From the human T2T-CHM13v2.0 reference genome, Homo sapiens: a stretch of DNA of 64,000 nucleotides. Shown here piece after piece: positions 1 through 17,574 of the stretch; position 1 is the first letter of the stretch, and each line of letters opens with the position of its first letter. Both the position numbers and the translations under genes were made by a program. The notes under the pieces were generated by a model. That model ran no database searches. It worked only from the letters and a program-made list of their open reading frames with translations, and was not told where the DNA came from. Location of the stretch: assembly GCF_009914755.1 (NCBI RefSeq), contig NC_060938.1. One strand, 5' to 3'.

Positions 1-2140
<2,140 letters not shown>

Positions 2141-2772
2141 TGAAATTTTATGTATTTTAAAATTGATTATGAAAAGCATGAAATGTTTAGTTGAATAGAA
2201 AATTTTGTGCAGTGGAATTAACTGAATCTTTAAAACCTTTTTATTATGGAAATATCCAAACTAATCCATACATAGAAGAATATAATGAGTCCCCCATGTG
2301 CCCAGACCCCAGCATTAATTATCAATATTTTGCCAATCTCGTTTCATTTACGTACACACCCCCATACACGTTTTTTCCAAGAAAATTTTAAGTAAAATCA
2401 CAGATATTACGTCATTTTACCCATAAGTACATAAATGTACATTTCTTAATGCAGTATGTCTTTCTCTCATCACCTCTTTTGTTCTTTACTTTTATACATT
2501 ATACTATGTCATTATCAGACCTTGTAAAATTAACAAGAATTCCTTAATATGGCATATCCAGTTAATGATTGACTCATTTCTACTCTAGTTAAAGTACAAT
2601 TTAGGAGAAGGTTTGAGGATATTTTTTCACATTAAGATGTAACCTTTTATAACAACTGCTAAAATAATTGTTGCTAGAGTCTAACATTTCTATTGGCAAA
2701 TTGGAAATTAGTATACATAGACATAGATTCTGCTCATTTTGCTTTCAATCTAAAATCGTAGTAAAGATTACT

Positions 2773-3065
2773 GGCTGGGTGTGGTGGCTCACAACTGTAA
2801 TCCCAGCACTTTGGGAGGCAAAGGCGGGTGGATCACGAGGTCAGGAGTTCAAGACCAGCCTGGCCAATGTGGTGAAACCCCGTCTCTACTAAAAATACAA
2901 AAAAAAATTATTCAGGTATGGTGGCAGGCTCTTGTAACTGCAGCTACTCGGGAAGATGAGACAGAGAATTGTTTGAACCCAGGAGGCAGAGGTCGCAGTG
3001 AGCCAAGACCGCGTCACTGCACTCCAGCCTGGGTGACAGAGCAAGACTCCATCTCAAAAAAAAAA
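2773..3065 (+). mobile_element. AluS
   Basis: Dimeric Alu with A tail; TSD aaagattact. Confidence 0.95.
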
Positions 3066-3232
3066 GATTACTATGCTAGAAAGTCTTCCTGTAGAGGCAT
3101 TTTTAAGAAGCATTATCGTAGGCATTGCCTCTGGAAAGCAGGCATGAATAGATGGCTGGGGTCTATCATGAGAGAGACCGTTCTCCATATATCAATTTTA
3201 CCCTCACATGTTGCCTTTTGTTTTGTTTTGGT

Positions 3233-3386
3233 CTTTTTTTGAGACAGGACCTTGTTCTGTCACTCAGGCTAGAGTGCAGTGGCGTGATCATAGCTCACTA
3301 TAACCTTGAACTCCTGGGCTCAAGTGATCCCCTTTCACAGCTCCCCGAGTAGCTGGGATTACAGGCATGCACCCCCATGCCTGGCT
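3233..3386 (-). mobile_element. Old Alu monomer (AluJ/FRAM-like)
   Basis: T-run then gagacagg...ctagagtgcagtggcgtgatcatagctcact... Confidence 0.8.
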
Positions 3387-3716
3387 GTATGTTGCTATTG
3401 TGTATTTTAAAAACCTAATCCTGACTCTGCTGGTAGTCGCAGGAATCTGTGCACATACATGCAAACAAGTACACGTAAAACTGGTGAAATCTGAATAAGC
3501 TTCATGGATTATATCAATGTCAGTTTCCTGATTCTAACAATGTGTGATACTTATGCAAGATGTCATCATTGAGACAAAGCGAGTGAAGGATATGTGAGAT
3601 CTTTGTAGTATTTCTTACGACTGCAAAATAAAAAGTTTTTAAAACTAAGTTATAATAACAAAGAACTCTGTGTCAAAACTAAAATATAAAGTTGAAATAT
3701 CAATTTTATTTTTTAG

Positions 3717-3842
3717 GAATCTGGTGGACAGTAATAAACTTTGGTGGAATTTCAGGAACCATAGCCATTGAAATGGATGAGGGAACCTATATACATGCAC
3801 TCGACAATGGTCTTTTTACCCTGGGAGCTCCACACAAAGAAA
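3717..3842 (+). pseudogene. FRG1: FRG1-like exon 3 (126 bp)
   Basis: ttttag|GAATCTGG: [42 protein letters not shown], then gtttgt donor. Confidence 0.95.
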
Positions 3843-4621
3843 GTTTGTGTTTGGAAGGGAAGATCCTGCCACAAGTGTAGATTTTAGGACATTCATTCAC
3901 TTAGGCCAAACTCTAACTAGTCTCAAACATTTTCCAAATAAATGGAACCATTGCATTTGACACTTCCATTTTTTAATTCCTTAATATTTACCAGCCATTG
4001 GGAAGTCCCTCTTTTTAATATAAGCATTTGAAAACATTCCATATAGTTCCATAAGAGTATCTTTGGAAATCAAAACAATATGAATAATTAAAATAGTAAG
4101 TGGAAAGAAAAAAGAAAACCTATTTGAGTCAAACATCTTTGAATTTCTTTTTTATTCAGACCTATTACCAAAACTAACCTGGGTGCATTTAACAATTTGA
4201 AGTTTCCTCATTTTCTTTAGCCCATTAGAGGAAGCACTAATGAGATATGAAGTAATTAGAAGATAAAAAGCAGTATCATTTGGTCAGCAAGGCCATCCAT
4301 TGAATAAATGAAAGCGTTTAGCTTTTTTAAATAAGTGCTTATTTATGACTGTATTTTAAAACATAAAGAGAAGCTATCTCGAAAGTTATTAAATAAGCAT
4401 TATATCACCCTGTCTTACTCAGTGTATAAAATTAGCACTGTAGTTAAAAGAAGGTAAAATAGATCTTGATTCCAAAGATACAGTATTACAGTGACATCAG
4501 TATATCTGAATATTCTTACATTTAATTGCAGAAGAAAATAGCCACATTTTTTAAAGCAAAATAATGTCTTTATATTTATAGCAAATGTCAAATTTATATT
4601 CAAAAGTTTTTTCTCCAATAG

Positions 4622-4679
4622 TTGATGAGGGCTCTAGTCCTCCAGAGCAGTTTATGGCTGTCAAATTATCTGATTCCAG
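4622..4679 (+). pseudogene. FRG1: FRG1-like exon 4 (58 bp)
   Basis: atag|TTGATGAG: DEGSSPPEQFMAVKLSDS, then gtgag donor. Confidence 0.95.
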
Positions 4680-6034
4680 GTGAGCTTATGTTGTAATATA
4701 ATTAGTAACCAGTTATTTTAAAAATTTAATTGTATTCATTAAAAATTTTAGTATCTGTCTTAAGCCCACGGTAATTTTGATATAAAAAACAAAATAGCTT
4801 TTTTGAAAAGTAGATTTTGTGATCTACTTTTAGTGGATTTCCTATCAATATATAATGCTAGGCTGGAAAAAAGATATGTTAAGTTAAAAAATGAAGATTA
4901 ATAATTTCACACACCAAGTAAGATAGATTAAAAAATAAATCAAATAGTACAAAACCTGGTTCACTGTTGCTATGATATTTAAACTCACTGTTTGGAAGTC
5001 TAAAGACAAACAGGAAGACTAAAAAAAGGAATATTGTTGAAACCAGCAGAGAATGTTACAGCATCATAACGACCAAAAGAATATTTTTACTCACTATTTT
5101 TACAGTCATTTTATAAAGTAGCCTTTTTTATTCTCACCTTGTGCAGAAGTATAGAATGATTCTTTGGGTAAAACATACTGAAAGTGAATTTACATATTTT
5201 AGTAATTGGTTACATCGACATGATAATGATTTCTGTTATATAATCATTAACGTATAAAGGAGTAAAAGTCAATTCTGGCATCCGAGGAGATTCTTGGTAA
5301 GGTAAAAGAAATCATAATTTTAAAAAATCACATTAAGATGATTATTTCTATACTTTCTTTGGAAGTCTGATAAGTAGAGTGAAAGACAAAGAATAAAAGC
5401 AGAGGAAGAAAAAATTCAATAGTTTTAAACTGCTTTACAATTATAAACAAAAAAGGATTATAAAGAAAATTAACTGACAAATGAGGAAAATATTTGCAAC
5501 AATCTTAATAGGCAGTGAGTTCTTAATCTTCATATGTATCTTGTATAAAATTCATAGCACTGAAGACCCCAGTAGAAAAATTGCGAACAATAAGATCTGA
5601 ATAGAAAAGTGGACAAGGCACATTACCAGATAATCTAAAAACTAAAAAGGAAAGGAAAAGAAAAACAATTGTTATTCTAGTTAACTACTAAAATGCAAAT
5701 TAATAGGATACTGTTTTTTTCCATATCAGGTTTTCAAGTATTTTTTTAGAGTCATAATGTTTAAAAAAAAAATCCATGATACAAAACATACTGTGTTAAT
5801 TTGAGGTGAGAATGTAAATGGAAGCAGCATTTTCTGGAAAACAGTTTGATGACATAAAGTTTTAGTAATTTATTATTGAAGTTTATAACTAAAGAGGTAT
5901 AATTGAAGAATGATGAATTTTGAAAATATTTGTTATGTAATATATAAGGTACAATGTTTATATTAAAAAAGCAAAATATAAAACTAAATTTAAAACTGCA
6001 CTGTCCAATATGGCAACAACTAGTCACATGTAGC

Positions 6035-6335
6035 TTTTTTTTTTTTTTTTTTTGGAAGGCACAGAGTCTCACTCTGTCACCCAGGCTGGAGGGCAGTGGT
6101 GTGAACATAGTTCACTATAACCTCAAATTTCTGGGCTCCAAGCACTCCTCCTGCATCAGCCTCCCAAGTAGCTGGTATTACGTGTGCACACCACCATGCC
6201 CAGCTAACTTTTTAAATTTTTTATAGAGATGGGGTCTCACTATGTTGTCCAGGCTGATCTTGAACTTCTTGCCTCAAGCAATTCTCCCATTGCCTTCCCA
6301 AAACACAGATTACAGTCTTGAGTCACCACTCAGCC
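6035..6335 (-). mobile_element. AluJ
   Basis: Poly-T followed by a diverged antisense Alu dimer. Confidence 0.88.
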
Positions 6336-6480
6336 ACATGCATATTTTGAACACTTGGAATATGTCCAGTCTGGAATTTTAGATATGTACACACCCACAC
6401 ACATACACATGTCCTGTTTTGATGTCCTATAATTAATTTTCTCTCAGTTTTTAACTTTTATCTATCTTATTAATGTACAG

Positions 6481-6595
6481 AATCGCCCTGAAATCTGGCT
6501 ATAGAAAATATCTTGGTATAAATTCAGATGAACTTCTTATTGGGCGTTCAGATGCAGTTGAACCAAGAGAACAATAGGAACCAGTCTTTCAAAAT
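6481..6595 (+). pseudogene. FRG1: FRG1-like exon 5 (115 bp) with nonsense codon and dead donor
   Basis: [37 protein letters not shown]; TAG at 6575-6577; followed by ataag instead of gtaag. Confidence 0.95.
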
Positions 6596-8609
6596 ATAAG
6601 TGCTGTTATTGTTTATAAAAACTTCCTGTCAGTTTAACAGAAAGTCTGTAACAGTCAATCATAATATATTTAAAAAGAAAAAGTAGGATGCAATAGTATA
6701 ATACATTAAATTGGAATAAATCAGTAAGAACATAGAACCTTAAAGAGATCTCAAAATATAGTGCAACAAAAATAGCATTAGTACTTTTGCCCACAATTAT
6801 TTCTGTATACCCTTAGTGCCCGATATGGATCTCATTTCCATTGAAGAACCAGTCAATTTTAGGTCACAGAGTAGGAAAACAGAATAGTTCCTAAGTATCT
6901 TCCTTGTAGCAGAAATCATGGATGCTTTCAGAAACATTACAGACTGTAAGAGAACAGTGGAGCTAGCTAAGAACAAGTTGTGACAATTTGCGTATAAAAT
7001 ATAAATAATAATAGTTCATTGAAGTAAATTATCTCTAAAAAACTTTCAGTTCATAAGCTTAAAATAGTGTATGAAAAGATAGTTTTAATATAAGAAGAAA
7101 AAAGATAGTATACTAATTCTTAATTTTAGTAAGTAGACAATTGTAGTATATGGATGTTTTGTTAAATCTTTGTTGATACAGAATACATGATTTCCTTTTT
7201 CTGTGTGAGAAGTAAAGATTGAACAAAAAATATGTGAGTGCTAAACTGTCTTTAAAAAGTAGATAACTATATCAAAAACAGTAAGGACCAGTGGGTACCA
7301 CGCAGAACAAGCAAATAGAAGATAAGCTCAGCCTTTGAGTAGCAGCTTTGGTAGTATACAATAATGAACTGAAAATAGGAACTCAGCAGTGTTTTCTAAG
7401 ACGACAGATTAAACAAACATCCCACCAGAAAGAAGTAATCACTTAGACTAATTTCCTCATCCCCTAGGATAAAATCTTAAGTCAGTGACTTGAAAACTAT
7501 TTTGACCCAATCCATTGACAAATGCAGCACACACATATGCATAACTGAAGCAAGAGTTGTACTTAACAATACTTACTTATCCATGTGTTATACACCTTGA
7601 TATTTCTTATTCTCTTTTACCCCTTCCTCTGTGTGTCTGTGTGTATTCCTTTTCCCCCCAGCCCACCCAATACCGTTCAGGAAACACTACATTGATTTCA
7701 TTACCTGTTAATGTGTTGCAACCCCTTTGAGATGATCCTACTAGTTGTGATGAGATGTTTCTAATAAAAGTTACACCAGTAGAAAATGCCAATATTTCAT
7801 AAGGCCAGGATGATGACTTAGATAGTACTAATAATACAACACTTTAGGAAAGTTCATTTCATTTTATTTTTAGGAAGGACACTAAGTTTCAAAAATTTAA
7901 ATTTAAATGAAAGAGGGTCTTAAAACTCTATTTCAAAAAGGACTCAGCTGAATAATCTGTGGCACAGGTTTAAATCGCCTTGGACCAGACCACCATGTTC
8001 CAGGGCTCACCAGGAGCCATCCAGATGAGAGACCACCCAGCCCTTGGGACTTGACTAAGAAATTAAATCCATGTTATCAGCACATTTTTAACTGGATGTG
8101 ATATAAGTTTAACATATTTTGTAATCATTGTATTTATAAATATTTTGTCTAAACGTTATGGTATTCCAAGTTTTCCAAAAGAATCAACCAAATACAAGTT
8201 ATAAATAAACGTTATATTTGTTACGGGAGTTAAGCTAATCAAATTTGTAACCCAGATTTAGATACACAAGAAAATCAGTTTTTAAAGTTTTGTTTAATAG
8301 AAAGCAGTGTAATACATCAAACATTAAACAACTAAACATGTATATGAATATTTATTTTCACACACAAAAGTCACTCAGACATTGATTCTTAAATTCAAAA
8401 CACCAAAGGCATTGTATATACCTTTTCATGTTTTCTAATTGTGAAGAAAATAATTTTTATTTAAAATGTTAATATTTGAATAAAGTATGCATTCATAATT
8501 ATGTTCTTGTCTTTAAAGTTAATTTTTCAAACAGAACTAAATCAGTTTTATCTTCAGTAGATCTTTTAGAAAGGAAGCAATCCTACCTCATCTAATTAGA
8601 ATTTAGTCC

Positions 8610-8940
<331 letters not shown>

Positions 8941-9146
8941 TTATTGTGGTAATCTTTGAATAGTAAAATGAAAGGTGATTTTGGTTTCCTTTTCTATATG
9001 TTCTTGTATTATATTTTTCAGGTTTTTCTCTAAGTTCTTTTCTGTGATTTTTAAATCAGGGAGGAAAAATTAATTCAGTCTAAACATTTAATGTTTCTTC
9101 CACAAGAAGTATCCTCATGGCTATTTTGTTATTTTGTTTCACTTAA

Positions 9147-9248
9147 GGGAAAATGGCTTTGTTGGCCTCAAATAGCTGCTTTATTAGATGTAATGAAGCA
9201 GGGGACATAGAAGCAAAAAGTAAAACAGCAGAAGAAGAAATGATCAAG
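9147..9248 (+). pseudogene. FRG1: FRG1-like exon 6 (102 bp, one codon deleted, acceptor AA)
   Basis: [34 protein letters not shown] then gtgatg; preceded by cttaa. Confidence 0.95.
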
Positions 9249-10566
9249 GTGATGATGACATTTTATACAGATGACTGCATTCACACATGCGATGTGACTG
9301 TATCTCTTTAAAATGTTAAGTCATCATTTACTGTCACTTTAAAGATTTAGTTAATAGCTTTTTATAATGTGGTGTTTCAAATAGACTCATTTTAAATTAT
9401 AAATCCCATAGTTGATGGCTTGTTTATACAATGTGTTAGAGAAATCAGTGCATCTAGGAGCTATCTTGCCATTATCTCCATGGATTAGTATCTTTTTCTG
9501 GTAGTTCCACATGCTCTTTTTAAGCTTTCATTTTCTTGTTTTCTTGCTTGTATTTTAAAATCTGATTTTTTAAATAGATAACATGTACATGTGGTCCAAC
9601 ATTTTTAAATAAAAGCATATAAAGATGAAGATACATGCCTGCCATGCATCTTACTCACCTGTGTCCCAGCTCCTGTTCCTCATTCCCTTTGTTTTGTTTT
9701 TTTCATAGCCTCCTAAAGTTTCTTTATAAACATATGAATATATTTATAATTTTCAACTGTTTTACACTAAAGACAACCTCCTCTATAGTCTTCTCGACTT
9801 TGATTTTTTTTTCCTTAAAATTGTATCTTGGAGAGTTTTCTACTATTAGTTTGAATGTAGAAAGTTTTCTCTTTGTCTTGCTTTTCCTCTCTTTCTCTCT
9901 CTCTCTTTTTTAACAGCCACATAAAATTCCATTTTAGGGATGTACCTTAATTTATTTAGTCTTTTGTAGATGGAAATTTAGGCTGTTTCAAGTCTTTTGC
10001 TCTTATAAACAGTGCTGCAGTACATAACATTGAATATGCATCAATTTGTAGATGTGTGGGTGGACCTGAATATAAATTTCCAGAAGCAGAATTACCAGGT
10101 CGGGGTATACGCGTTTGTATTTACATAATGCTTGAGCTTCTGTGATGATAATCACTCTATGAAACATAAAAAATCATAGCAGAACTTCTGGGGCCTTAGC
10201 CCTTACATTTTAAAAATATTTTTATTAATAGTACCTGTCTTCTTTGCATTAGGAGAAACATGAATCACATAAAACATGGTTTTTATTTTATTTTTAAAAT
10301 TCGTGTGCATCACTAATCTGGAAATAAAAGTTCCTTATTCCAGGCTAAATTCCCTCATCCATAGTCACATGTGTTATCCATTGCACCAGTGGCCTGTGCC
10401 CTCCCTAATCCTACTCTTTGTTTTACATCATTGTAAAAGTTACACAGACATCTTCATATCAAGGTGAAATTCCAAATAATACTGTTAATATAACCTAGAT
10501 AAATCAGGTAGTTAATTGGAACTTGATGAAAACATTTAAGGATTAATTTTTTAGACTCACAAAAGC

Positions 10567-10786
10567 CACTGATCTTTAATGATATACATATACCAGGATG
10601 TGTCTAAAGAATAACTCCCCCCTTCTTGACAAATGGTTTTTCTGTGTCTTGGCATTCCATCGCAGTACTGAGCAAAGGCACTGATCTTTAATGATAAACA
10701 TATACCAGGATGTGTCTAAAGAATAACTCCCCCCTTCTTGACACATGGCTTTTCTGTGTCTTGGCATTCCATCCCAGTACTGAGCA
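10567..10786 (+). repeat. Two-copy tandem duplication, 112-bp period, in FRG1 intron 6
   Basis: cactgatctttaatgat...cagtactgagca starts at 10567 and at 10679. Confidence 0.95.
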
Positions 10787-12562
10787 TCCAGAACCTTACT
10801 TTGTTTGTCTCTGTTGGGAATCACAGGTTGCATCCAGTCTGACCCAGATTTGCTCTGTAAGGCATTGTGGGGGCCAGAGTGGAAGGCTCTAAGAGAGGGG
10901 GCAAATGCCTTTTCTAAAATGCCCTTCATTCTTATAATTAAAGCATAAAAATTTATGTTACATTTTTCTCTACTACCAATGTAATTTAAAAGCATCTATC
11001 AATTCTCTGTACGTGCTTCATGTTAGATTTCCAGTCATATGTTTGATTTTCTTTTTAGAATAGTCTTGATTTCAGATAATTTCAAATCTAAAGCTCAAAC
11101 AATTTCAATCTAAAATGTAGGTATTTTCTTACAGTTAGAGAAGTGAAATGTTATATTTTTTCGTTGCATGCATCCGGCACATGCGTTGTAGTCTTGAATT
11201 TCCATAATGCTACTGTGAGGTGGATGTGAGCTCAGCCTTACAGACAGGAAGACAGCCGCTGACCCTCCTTACATCCTCGTGGTTTTTGTCAGTCAGTTCA
11301 TGGAAATCACAGTGATTTCAAGGTGTGGTAAGACAGGATGTGTACCCAGGCCCAGCTGACTCCAGAGGCCACTCTCAGTATTTCATAGCACATTGCTTCT
11401 CAGGAAACAGATCATTGGGGAAATGCAGATGGGTTTGTGACTTACATTTAATTTTATTTATTTACATTTTATCGCATCATGTGTAAATTATTTTTCATCT
11501 GGATATCATCACAAAAGTGTTACTGAAGGCAACAATTGCAAATATATGTGCAGTGCTTTGCACTTATACAAAGATACAAAGATATTTACACAAAGGTTGC
11601 ATTTTTCATGATTTAAAGCAATTTTCAGATGAAATACAAAGTTTTCTGGGTCTTTTTGGTTCATCAAGTACTTGGAAGCTCTGAACAGTGATTATTTAGG
11701 ACTCTTTTTGTACCATTTAATTGCAGGCTGTCCTAATCTCTGTCAGCCCTTCACCTTTATGACCTTACCTTGTCTACCAGAACACAGACCCCTCTTACTA
11801 AAGGTAGCATTGTGCTACAGGCCCTAGCAGGGAATGTTTTCAAGTCTGGGAACCCTCTAATCAAAACTGTCACAAAGATGTCATTGGCACAAACACGTTA
11901 TTTTTCATCACTTTCTAAGCAGCCCTGGAACTGGACTCTGGCCACAGAGATCCCTTAGGAGACATGAGTCCTTACCATTGCCAATTGCCTGTTCTGTGGG
12001 CAATCCTAATTGTTGAATGCAGATTAATTAACTTATGACATGTGATAGTAAACATCTATCCAAACTTAGGAGGATATAAGAAGCTAGTAAAAGAGGTGGG
12101 TTCCAATTAATTGAAAACAAGTTGTGTAATGTTAAAAGTTTTAATACTTTGGTAATAGTCTGTGCAATGTAAAATAGCTATTAAGCTTTTAATCTGATCA
12201 AATGAACACTTGTCTACTAGGGATAATTTGATCCCAGTGTATTCACTTGGAGAACAAAATTAAATTAATGATTTCTTTATTGCCTAGCAGGATCTGATGT
12301 GTAAAATGTTTCTGAAATAATTTTGTCTGTAGTGTTTCTGACACAAGGGCTGTGGAGAAAGCATGTGATAGCACTTACTCATATAGATTATATATATGAA
12401 GTAAAAACACATGGCCAGAACCTGTCTTTTTCTGAATATATTTGCTCAGTTAATTTTTTCTTCTGCATAAGAAATCATCTCGAATGTTCTTATGTGATGC
12501 ATAAAGTGGTGAAGGTGGAAGATAAACATATAACCCATTGAATTCTCTTTTCCAATATCTAG

Positions 12563-12673
<111 letters not shown>

Positions 12674-12731
12674 TAGACCTACGGATTTGACAGTGAAGTG
12701 CTTCTCAAAGTGCTTTCAAAATAAATTACCT

Positions 12732-12882
12732 AATTAGCTGGGGATGGTGATGCATGCCTGTAGGCCCAGCTACACGGAAGGCTGAGACAGGAGGACTGAG
12801 CCCAGGAGTTCAAGGCTGCAGTGAGCTCTGATCACCACTGCATTCCAGCCTGGGTGACAGAGCAAGACCCTGTCTGAAAAAA
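12732..12882 (+). mobile_element. Alu right-arm monomer (old)
   Basis: aattagctggg...ccagcctgggtgacagagcaagaccctgtct plus A tail. Confidence 0.8.
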
Positions 12883-13169
12883 TGAAAACTGATGGACAAG
12901 AAGAGGTAACACAATGTAGCCTCTAGGACAGAGCACTGAGCTAAATGCTTTTCTCTTCTTGAGGGTTCAGTTTTCCTAATCATCCTACCAGCTCCCAAAG
13001 GTAGTCACTCGGGTTAGTCAATCTCTCTATTCATTCATAGAATGGGCCTGATGCCAGTCAAAGGCTGTGCTATGGCCAGGACACAGGGGACTCCAGCCAG
13101 CATGCCTTAATAGAAGTGGGGCCTTCTGCTACCCAGCCAATGAGTGGCCCTCCTCTTGAGAGGTTATGA

Positions 13170-13538
<369 letters not shown>

Positions 13539-13637
13539 TAATAAGTGAAAAAGAAATTAACAGTATTTACAAATTTAATAGTAAATATGTATAATCAGAG
13601 TTTGAGGTATTTTTCAATGAAGACATTTTCTTTGCAG

Positions 13638-13749
13638 AAAGAAATTTCAGAGCTTCCAAGACCAAAAACTTAAAATAAGTAAAGAAGAGAGTAAAATTCT
13701 TAAAAAAGGCTCAGAAAGATGGATTTTTGCATGAGACGCTTCTGGACAG
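13638..13749 (+). pseudogene. FRG1: FRG1-like exon 8 (112 bp, +1 frameshift in an A-run)
   Basis: gcag|KKFQSFQDQKLKISKEESKILKK(+A)AQKDGFLHETLLD, then gtag. Confidence 0.95.
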
Positions 13750-14926
13750 GTAGCTATTTATTTACTTATTTTCACTATTTTCAGTAGCCAATAGAAATGG
13801 CATGTAGAAAACCTATATTCTCTTAAATTACTGTAGTTTTCACATTTTTGTCTTTATTTCTAATTTATGAGTGTGGCAATATTACCTAGAGAGGACATCA
13901 TGAGTTTGGGAAAAGACTGTCAAGAAAGAATATCTAAAAATTATAACCGATTCTAAGTATATATTTTAAGAAATTCAGGTTTGACTGTATCTACTTCATA
14001 AATTTATCATTATATTTTTATAACTATTAGAACCAGAGTTAGAAAGAAGCAGTTTGACTAATATAAAAATTATGTGGATTCTGTTAGAGTAGTTCAGGTT
14101 CCTTAAAATAAGCATAGATCAACTAAAAAACTAAGTATAAAAGCTAAACAAGTGAAATTGAAGCAGTTTTATTGTAAGATTTGGAAGAGTGCAGGATGTT
14201 TATCATAGCACATTATTAATATTTATTACTCTTCCTATGTAGATAAGTAATGTCCTAGATTTACAACATAGAAAAACAGGTAGAGACGTTTAGCTGTGAG
14301 TGTACAAGTATAAATCAATTAAGTGCCAGATTTTGATAATCACCAGCTGCTCATTCAAGTCCTATGTTGCAAAGTTAGTCTTACGCTTTTTTTACATTAC
14401 TTGATAAAGGCAATGTTTAATTACATATTTCCTATTAACTAGCTGGTAGAGTTCATACCTAAAGTCAGTAAATAATGTTAAGAATTTTTTCCAGCTGAGC
14501 AAATGAGTATGTATCTAGTTGTAAGAAATCAAGAAGAGGATATAAAATATAATCAGGATGTGGACTCTAAAACGAAATAACCTCTATGTCCTGTAACTTT
14601 TATCACTCGTAATAATACAGCATTCTCACCCTATTAAATGGAAATTTAAAGCACCTTTAAATTCCAGAATAATTAAAATTGCTATTTGGATTGAAAAAGC
14701 CCTTAGGCAACATTTATTGAATATTAGGAAATAACTTTTATAAGATTAGAATCCATTTTTTATAGAAACAAAATTTGAAAGTATACATATTTTAATATAA
14801 GTGTTGTGGTAATACAGTAACCAAAATTGAACACACAGTTTTAAAGCTTTTTATATTTAGTAGCAGTTGAATATATATGCCATGTTTTACATAGATTAAT
14901 TTTACTATTTTTCTTTATTTAAACAA

Positions 14927-15020
14927 GAGAACCAAATTGAAAGCCAACAGATACTGCAAATGACTGGAATTTTTGTTTCTGCCTTATCTTTTTGTGTTTT
15001 TTTTCTGAATAAAATATTCA
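14927..15020 (+). pseudogene. FRG1: FRG1-like exon 9 with stop codon and polyA signal
   Basis: RTKLKANRYCK* (TGA 14961-14963); AATAAA at 15008-15013; acceptor reads aacaa. Confidence 0.92.
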
Positions 15021-16059
15021 GAGGAAATGCTTTTACAGAGTTCTTGAGTTGTTGTGAAATTATTATTTAGCTAGTACCTAGTTTAACCAGGATTAAACAA
15101 GTTTAATCAGGATTCTTCATGGATGTACTTTTTAGCTAACTACAGTTTTTCACATGGAAATGAAACTTACAGTACACACTTAACATACCACAGAATTTTT
15201 TTCTGGATTTCCTGTCCTGAAGCATGAAGTGTAGTAGAAACCAATTCTTCCTGCGCTACTTGTGGAATCTTTCTTACTGGATCATAATCTTACTTACTTT
15301 ATACAATAGATGCTTAATCAGTGCCTTTAATAGGAAGTTAGAAACTCCCAATCCAATCAACAAGGCTTTGATTCTACCTCCTAAGTAGTATCCAGATCGC
15401 AGACAATCCAAATATCAGAACTAGGGGGCCGGGCAGAGAGGACAAATCATCTATTAGGGAGTGGGACAGAAAGTAGGAACATTACAAAGGAGCAAGTAGT
15501 CTCAGAACAGAGGGGAGAGTAGTACTGGGAAAACTCCCTACTGAGGACAGGTTTGCCACAGTGGATATGTATGTGATGCTTTTGTCCTCGTGGGCTGGAA
15601 TGGAAGCTGATAAAGTTCAGACGCTACGTGTTGCTTAGGTCTGCTTTGTTGAAGCCTGTCTTTTTCAGAGTTCCTAAACACAATATTCCCGTGGCATCTA
15701 ATCCCAGTGAGTGCTCCAAATCCAGGCTGTGTATCAGATGCCACGGGAAATTCTGCCTCAGGACTGAGGTTGGTTCAAGCATCTGGATGATGTCAAAAGT
15801 CCACGTTGTGTGCTGGCCTAACTTGAAAGACCCTATCTAGTTCTAGCCTTTAAATTCCTTCTGTCACCAAATCTGGAGTTACATGGCATCTGTACAAGCT
15901 AAGTAGCCGAGGCATGGGATCAGCCCTATAAAGGAGCTTCTGGAGCTTTTTTTGTAGGTCTAGCTTCAACTTGGCACTCCAGTTCCAATAGCTGGACTTT
16001 CTCTCATCGTGTGTGCTGATCCTTGGATTGGGAACAAAGTAACCACTCTGATCCCTCAA

Positions 16060-16470
16060 AGCAGTGGTTCCTGTTCCCAACTGGTGACTATTTTGCCTCC
16101 CAGGGAACATTTTTGGTTTTCCCAACTGGAATAAGGTGTTAGAGAGTAGAGGCTAGGGATGCTGTGAAGCACGTTGCAGAATCCTCTTCCGCCCAGAATG
16201 CTAACAGTGCCAAGGTTATGGAGCCTTCCCACCCAAGGGCTTGGCCTATTTCTTGCTTTTGCCAGCTCCCTAACCCTTAAACACAACAGTTCAAATCTAT
16301 ATGCATAAGCATCTCCTAGGGACCTGCACGTTTCCAGTATCGACTACTGAGACCCATCCGTAGAGATGCAGGCTTAGGAGGTCTAGGATTGGGCTCAAAA
16401 TTTGCATTTTAACAAGTACTCTAGGTCATTCTGAAGCAAGTGATACAAACCACAGAATGAGGAACACGCC
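16060..16470. mobile_element. MER20-like and MER5-like hAT relics
   Basis: gcagtggtt...gtagaggctagggatgctg...aacagtgccaaggtt; tttgcattttaacaag...aggtcattctga. Confidence 0.6.
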
Positions 16471-17574
16471 TTCAGGAGACTGAATCTTGCTTCCCAACAC
16501 TAGCTTGGTATCTGAGACCATCTGCCTGCTGACTGGCTTTCCTGGCACAAACATTCCGCATGTAGGCACAGTGTATTCCTGGACTCCATGTCAACCCGTT
16601 CACCCTTATGTTCCCTTGGTTCCTCTCCCCAGTCCAGCGAGCAGAACTGATTACAGATCTTGACAACAGAAGATACAGATTTAAAATAACTTGCCTGTTC
16701 CCGTGGACTTTATCCACTAGTGGAGGAGGACAAGTGGACAAGGGGAGAGGGTAGGTGGGGGCTCCTTCCCTATTCCTCCCATTACACTTTATACAAACCC
16801 CAGCTAGACCACTGGGAGAGCAACGGAGGTTAAGAATGACTGCATCTAAATATTGTCATCTGGTCCACTCTTCTTCCATCTTGTACACAAGAATATCATG
16901 AGTTTTGCTTAAAGCACTACTGAAACCAAGATAAACTCTGGCTTGGCATGCCTCTGACAGATCAGTCTAGTAATCTTATCAAAACCAAGACTACCTAAAA
17001 GCACTAACCAAAGGAAAGCTCCCTCACCCCAACCTATGACTGCTCACATTTTTCAGATTGAATCATTTCAATTGTATTTTAAGGTTCATTGACTCTTCAC
17101 CACCTCCAAGCTGCTCCTGAACACAACTGATTGTTATTTTTTAATTCTGAAAACTTTCTCACTTCTAGAATTTCCACTTGAGCCTTTGTTATTATTGTAG
17201 TTTCTTCTTCTCTGCTGTGATTTCCTATCCATTTATTTTATGGGTTTTTGGGGTTTTGATTTTAGTAAGAATTACAATAACTACTTTAAAAATCCACACT
17301 AATTCCAACATCTGGGTCATCGAGGTCAGTCTCTATTGATTGCCTTTTTCTTTGAATATGTTTCTTTATAAGTTTGATATAATGGGATTGAATTCTGAAT
17401 ATTGTAAAACTAGATTTTGTTTTGTTCCTCTGAAAATTTTGATAATTTTATGTTGTATTTGTTGTATTTTGTTTGATTGTTTTTTTCTATTGTATACTTT
17501 ACAATATATTTTCCTCCGATGGTTTTAACGTTTCTATTTCTCAAAATATTTATGTTAAAAATTATACAAAGTAA